The notes beneath the pieces are model-generated. The model ran no database searches. It was not told the DNA's origin and saw only the letters and a list, made by a program, of their open reading frames with translations. Below, one piece after another: positions 61,396 through 64,000 of a DNA stretch of 64,000 bases. How positions within the stretch are numbered: the first letter of the stretch is position 1; every line of letters begins with the position of its first letter. Position numbers and translations under genes: made by a program. Origin of the DNA: Rhina ancylostomus (Eukaryota); contig JARFYF010000029.1 in NCBI GenBank assembly GCA_030265395.1, positions 12,134,630 through 12,198,629 of the forward strand, read 5' to 3'.

Positions 61396-63144
61396 ACAGT
61401 ATCACATCAGCCTTGATTGAACGTGCAACCATTTCTTGTGTCTTGCACAAAACATTCATCCAATTGATAAAGGAATTAATTAATTTGGCACTAATAGTTA
61501 CTTTCCATTCCTATCCTTGAAATAGAGGTTGATTTTATATAACATTTGAAGCTTATCAATAAAATAAGCAAAGTACAATAAATGCTGGAACTGTTCTAAT
61601 TAAAGGTGATTGACCTGAAATATTCAATCTCTTTCCCACTCCAGTAGTTCTCCCTGTTTTTCCTTGTGGCTTTTAAAATTGTTTATATTGTTCTTGTTTC
61701 TCCAAGCTTCCCCAGTCTATTAAATTACCTGTTAAAATTGACATTATACAAGCACTTTGGTATTTTAAAAAGCTCAGTCACTGTGGCTCTCAGACTTTTC
61801 TCTAAAGAGCTTCTATGAGCTTTTCCTCAAAGCCTAGGCATCATGAACATTCTTGCCATTGCTATATAAAGTGTCCAATATGCTCATGAGCTTTTAATGA
61901 TGGATTGCACAATTGACATATAATAATCCAAAAATTTGGTCTTGTCAATGAGCTATATAGGATAGTGCAGTTTGACTTGCAAATGTCTTTGAAGATGTGT
62001 GCTTGGCCTTGCTTTACGATGATTGGAAAATGTCAGTAAATAACTAGTTCTAACTTGAAGGTTTTATCATTTTGCAACTTTGATAATTGTCTGTTCATTC
62101 TGAACAGGTTTAAAATTTCCTTCCCTACTTTGTATTATTCTGCATTTACTTGCATTGAAACCCACCCAGCGCTCAGCAGTCCACCAGTTTCATTTCACTG
62201 CACCCTCTTAATGTTATTGATCTGTTTTGCAGCAATTCCAGATCTTTGTGGGCTCATTACATTTTGCAGTAGTCTCATCAAAGCCTTTTTTTATGATTAT
62301 ATAACAGGCTTTTACAGTTCTCAGGGCAGGAAAGCAGATTGAAATCTGCTTTCCTGCCCTGATCATGGTTTTGAACTGTGAATTATGAACTGTCATGAAC
62401 AATGAACTCCAAATATGCTGCCAGCATCTACTTCCTGAATGCCACAGACAAGTCCTAAGACTGCTCAGCCAACCCCAAGCACCTCACAATTCCATACAGT
62501 AGCAAGCATTTGCAACAATATAGTCACTATATTGAGATAATTTACTGAGTTGTTGAAGGAAGCACTTTAGAAGGCATAGATCGTGAGTATCGAAGATACA
62601 GTATAGAGCAAGATAACTTGGTGGTTATTGGTCACCAGTTGAGAAAACTTCAGTAGTATGATTGCTCCCTCTGTGCAGAAAGAGACCATCAGGTCCAATT
62701 GGTCAACTGTGAGCCTCCTCTCTCCAGACTTCATCTAATCCAGTCAGCTACAAAAATTAATAATAATGATAAGGTCAAATTGACCACCTGGCATCAATGA
62801 TACTTTCACCAGTCAACCCTGCGACATCCCCTTTGTGAGCATTTTGGGATCTTTGCCAAAATTGGGAGAACTTTCCCACAGAGTAGTCGACCTATGATCA
62901 TACCCAAGGAAACACACCTTTCAACCAATGTCTTAGAATCCTCTATCTCTTTCCCAAGGTATTCTTTCTCCTACTTACAAGACACACTTTACTTGAGACA
63001 GTGGTACAGTGTATACAGTTCTCTATGTGGACTCCTGCAGGAATAAAGTCTCAGACCATGAGATCAGGAAATTTACTTAGTTGTTAACTATATCCTGCTG
63101 CTCTGGATTCATTTGCAACTTAGGAATTGAAAAGTAAGATTTCC

Positions 63145-63205
63145 AGAATCCAAATGTTTATGTAAGTAATGTAGAATCCAAATGTTTATGTAAGTAATGT
63201 AGAAT
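63145..63205. repeat. Perfect 28-bp tandem duplication
   Basis: AGAATCCAAATGTTTATGTAAGTAATGT twice, plus AGAAT. Confidence 0.95.
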
Positions 63206-63319
63206 ATTGGTCCCTGTGTAGAGATAGTGGAACAACTCTTTCCATTGGTTTGAGGACCCATTTTTCATCCCTATTCTTGATTTTATGGTGAACTTGTTAT
63301 CCAGAATTTGGCAAGAGTT

Positions 63320-63420
63320 CTGACTCATCCTTTGTTATGTGTATACTGTATGGAACCTTATTAAGGCCTTTTGAAAATCAAGGTATGTTGCAAATATTGC
63401 CACTTGGATCCATGGCCATG
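63320..63420 (-). mobile_element. CR1 RT fragment
   Basis: Minus-strand YLDFQKALIRFH, a degenerate YLDFQKAFDKVPH. Confidence 0.55.
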
Positions 63421-64000
63421 CCAATAGATCATCCAAAAGAGGAGGGTTGTTAGGGGCTGGCACAGATGATGGAGATGTCTTGCCGATGTCAGCACTGCAA
63501 CTCTGAGTTGTCTCCTTTAAATTTCTGTGCANNNNNNNNNNNNNNNNNNNNNNNNNNNNNNNNNNNNNNNNNNNNNNNNNNNNNNNNNNNNNNNNNNNNN
63601 NNNNNNNNNNNNNNNNNNNNNNNNNNNNNNNTTGTATTAACTGCAACTGCAAGGCCATCAACTGATTTAACTTTGCCACCTCCAACTTTGCCACAGTGAA
63701 AATTGTGCCACCTCCATCCCTAGAGCAGACACCTAGAGCTCAATAGCCATTGACCTCATTTCTTCCTTCTGGTTGTGAAGCATTTACACTGAATGCATTA
63801 ACACCATAACTGGGATAAAAATAAAATCCCTTGTATTGCTGTGAGACTGTCTTGAATTGGCTACTTTAAAGTAATTGCAATGAAAAATGTTTTATTAATG
63901 TTCCTGAATCAAGCATAAGCACCATGCCGGATTCATTTTATTTCACCTATATAAAGGATTATTTGCAGGATTTTGGAATATCGATGAATGAGTCATCAGT

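Noticed and set aside
62090-62120. TGAACAG acceptor-like site as an exon 7 candidate
   Set aside because: In the required phase 0 it reads GTT TAA, an immediate stop.

Overview
Vertebrate genomic DNA with scattered N-gaps. The repeat complement (HE1/V-type tRNA SINEs, Deu-domain SINE, CR1, L2, RTE, Penelope-like elements) points to a cartilaginous fish, probably a ray or shark; this is an inference. I traced two multi-exon genes on the + strand by hand using GT-AG boundaries and frame continuity. (1) IQUB: 15 coding exons from 212 to 27740, about 824 codons, 5' end probably outside the window. It has a ubiquitin-like domain, an IQ motif and a CxxC..CxxC motif. Its N-terminus is built from small symmetric phase-1 exons, at least two and probably three of which are tandem duplicates including their flanking intron. 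(2) An ATP6AP1/Ac45-family V-ATPase accessory subunit gene: 6 coding exons from 33578 to 54814, 206 codons, with no 3' part found in the window. Its position next to IQUB and its RPSV motif (rather than RPSR) suggest the Ac45-like paralog (Ac45LP) rather than canonical ATP6AP1. The introns hold a decayed Penelope-like element with an inverted terminal segment, many short Penelope tails carrying degenerate minimal hammerhead-ribozyme motifs, a solo LTR with a 4-bp target-site duplication (TSD), MITE-like inverted-repeat elements and nested insertions. Most ORF-track entries are spurious or repeat-derived. I found no entirely new biological system. Repeat coordinates are approximate and family names come from recalled consensus motifs, not database searches.
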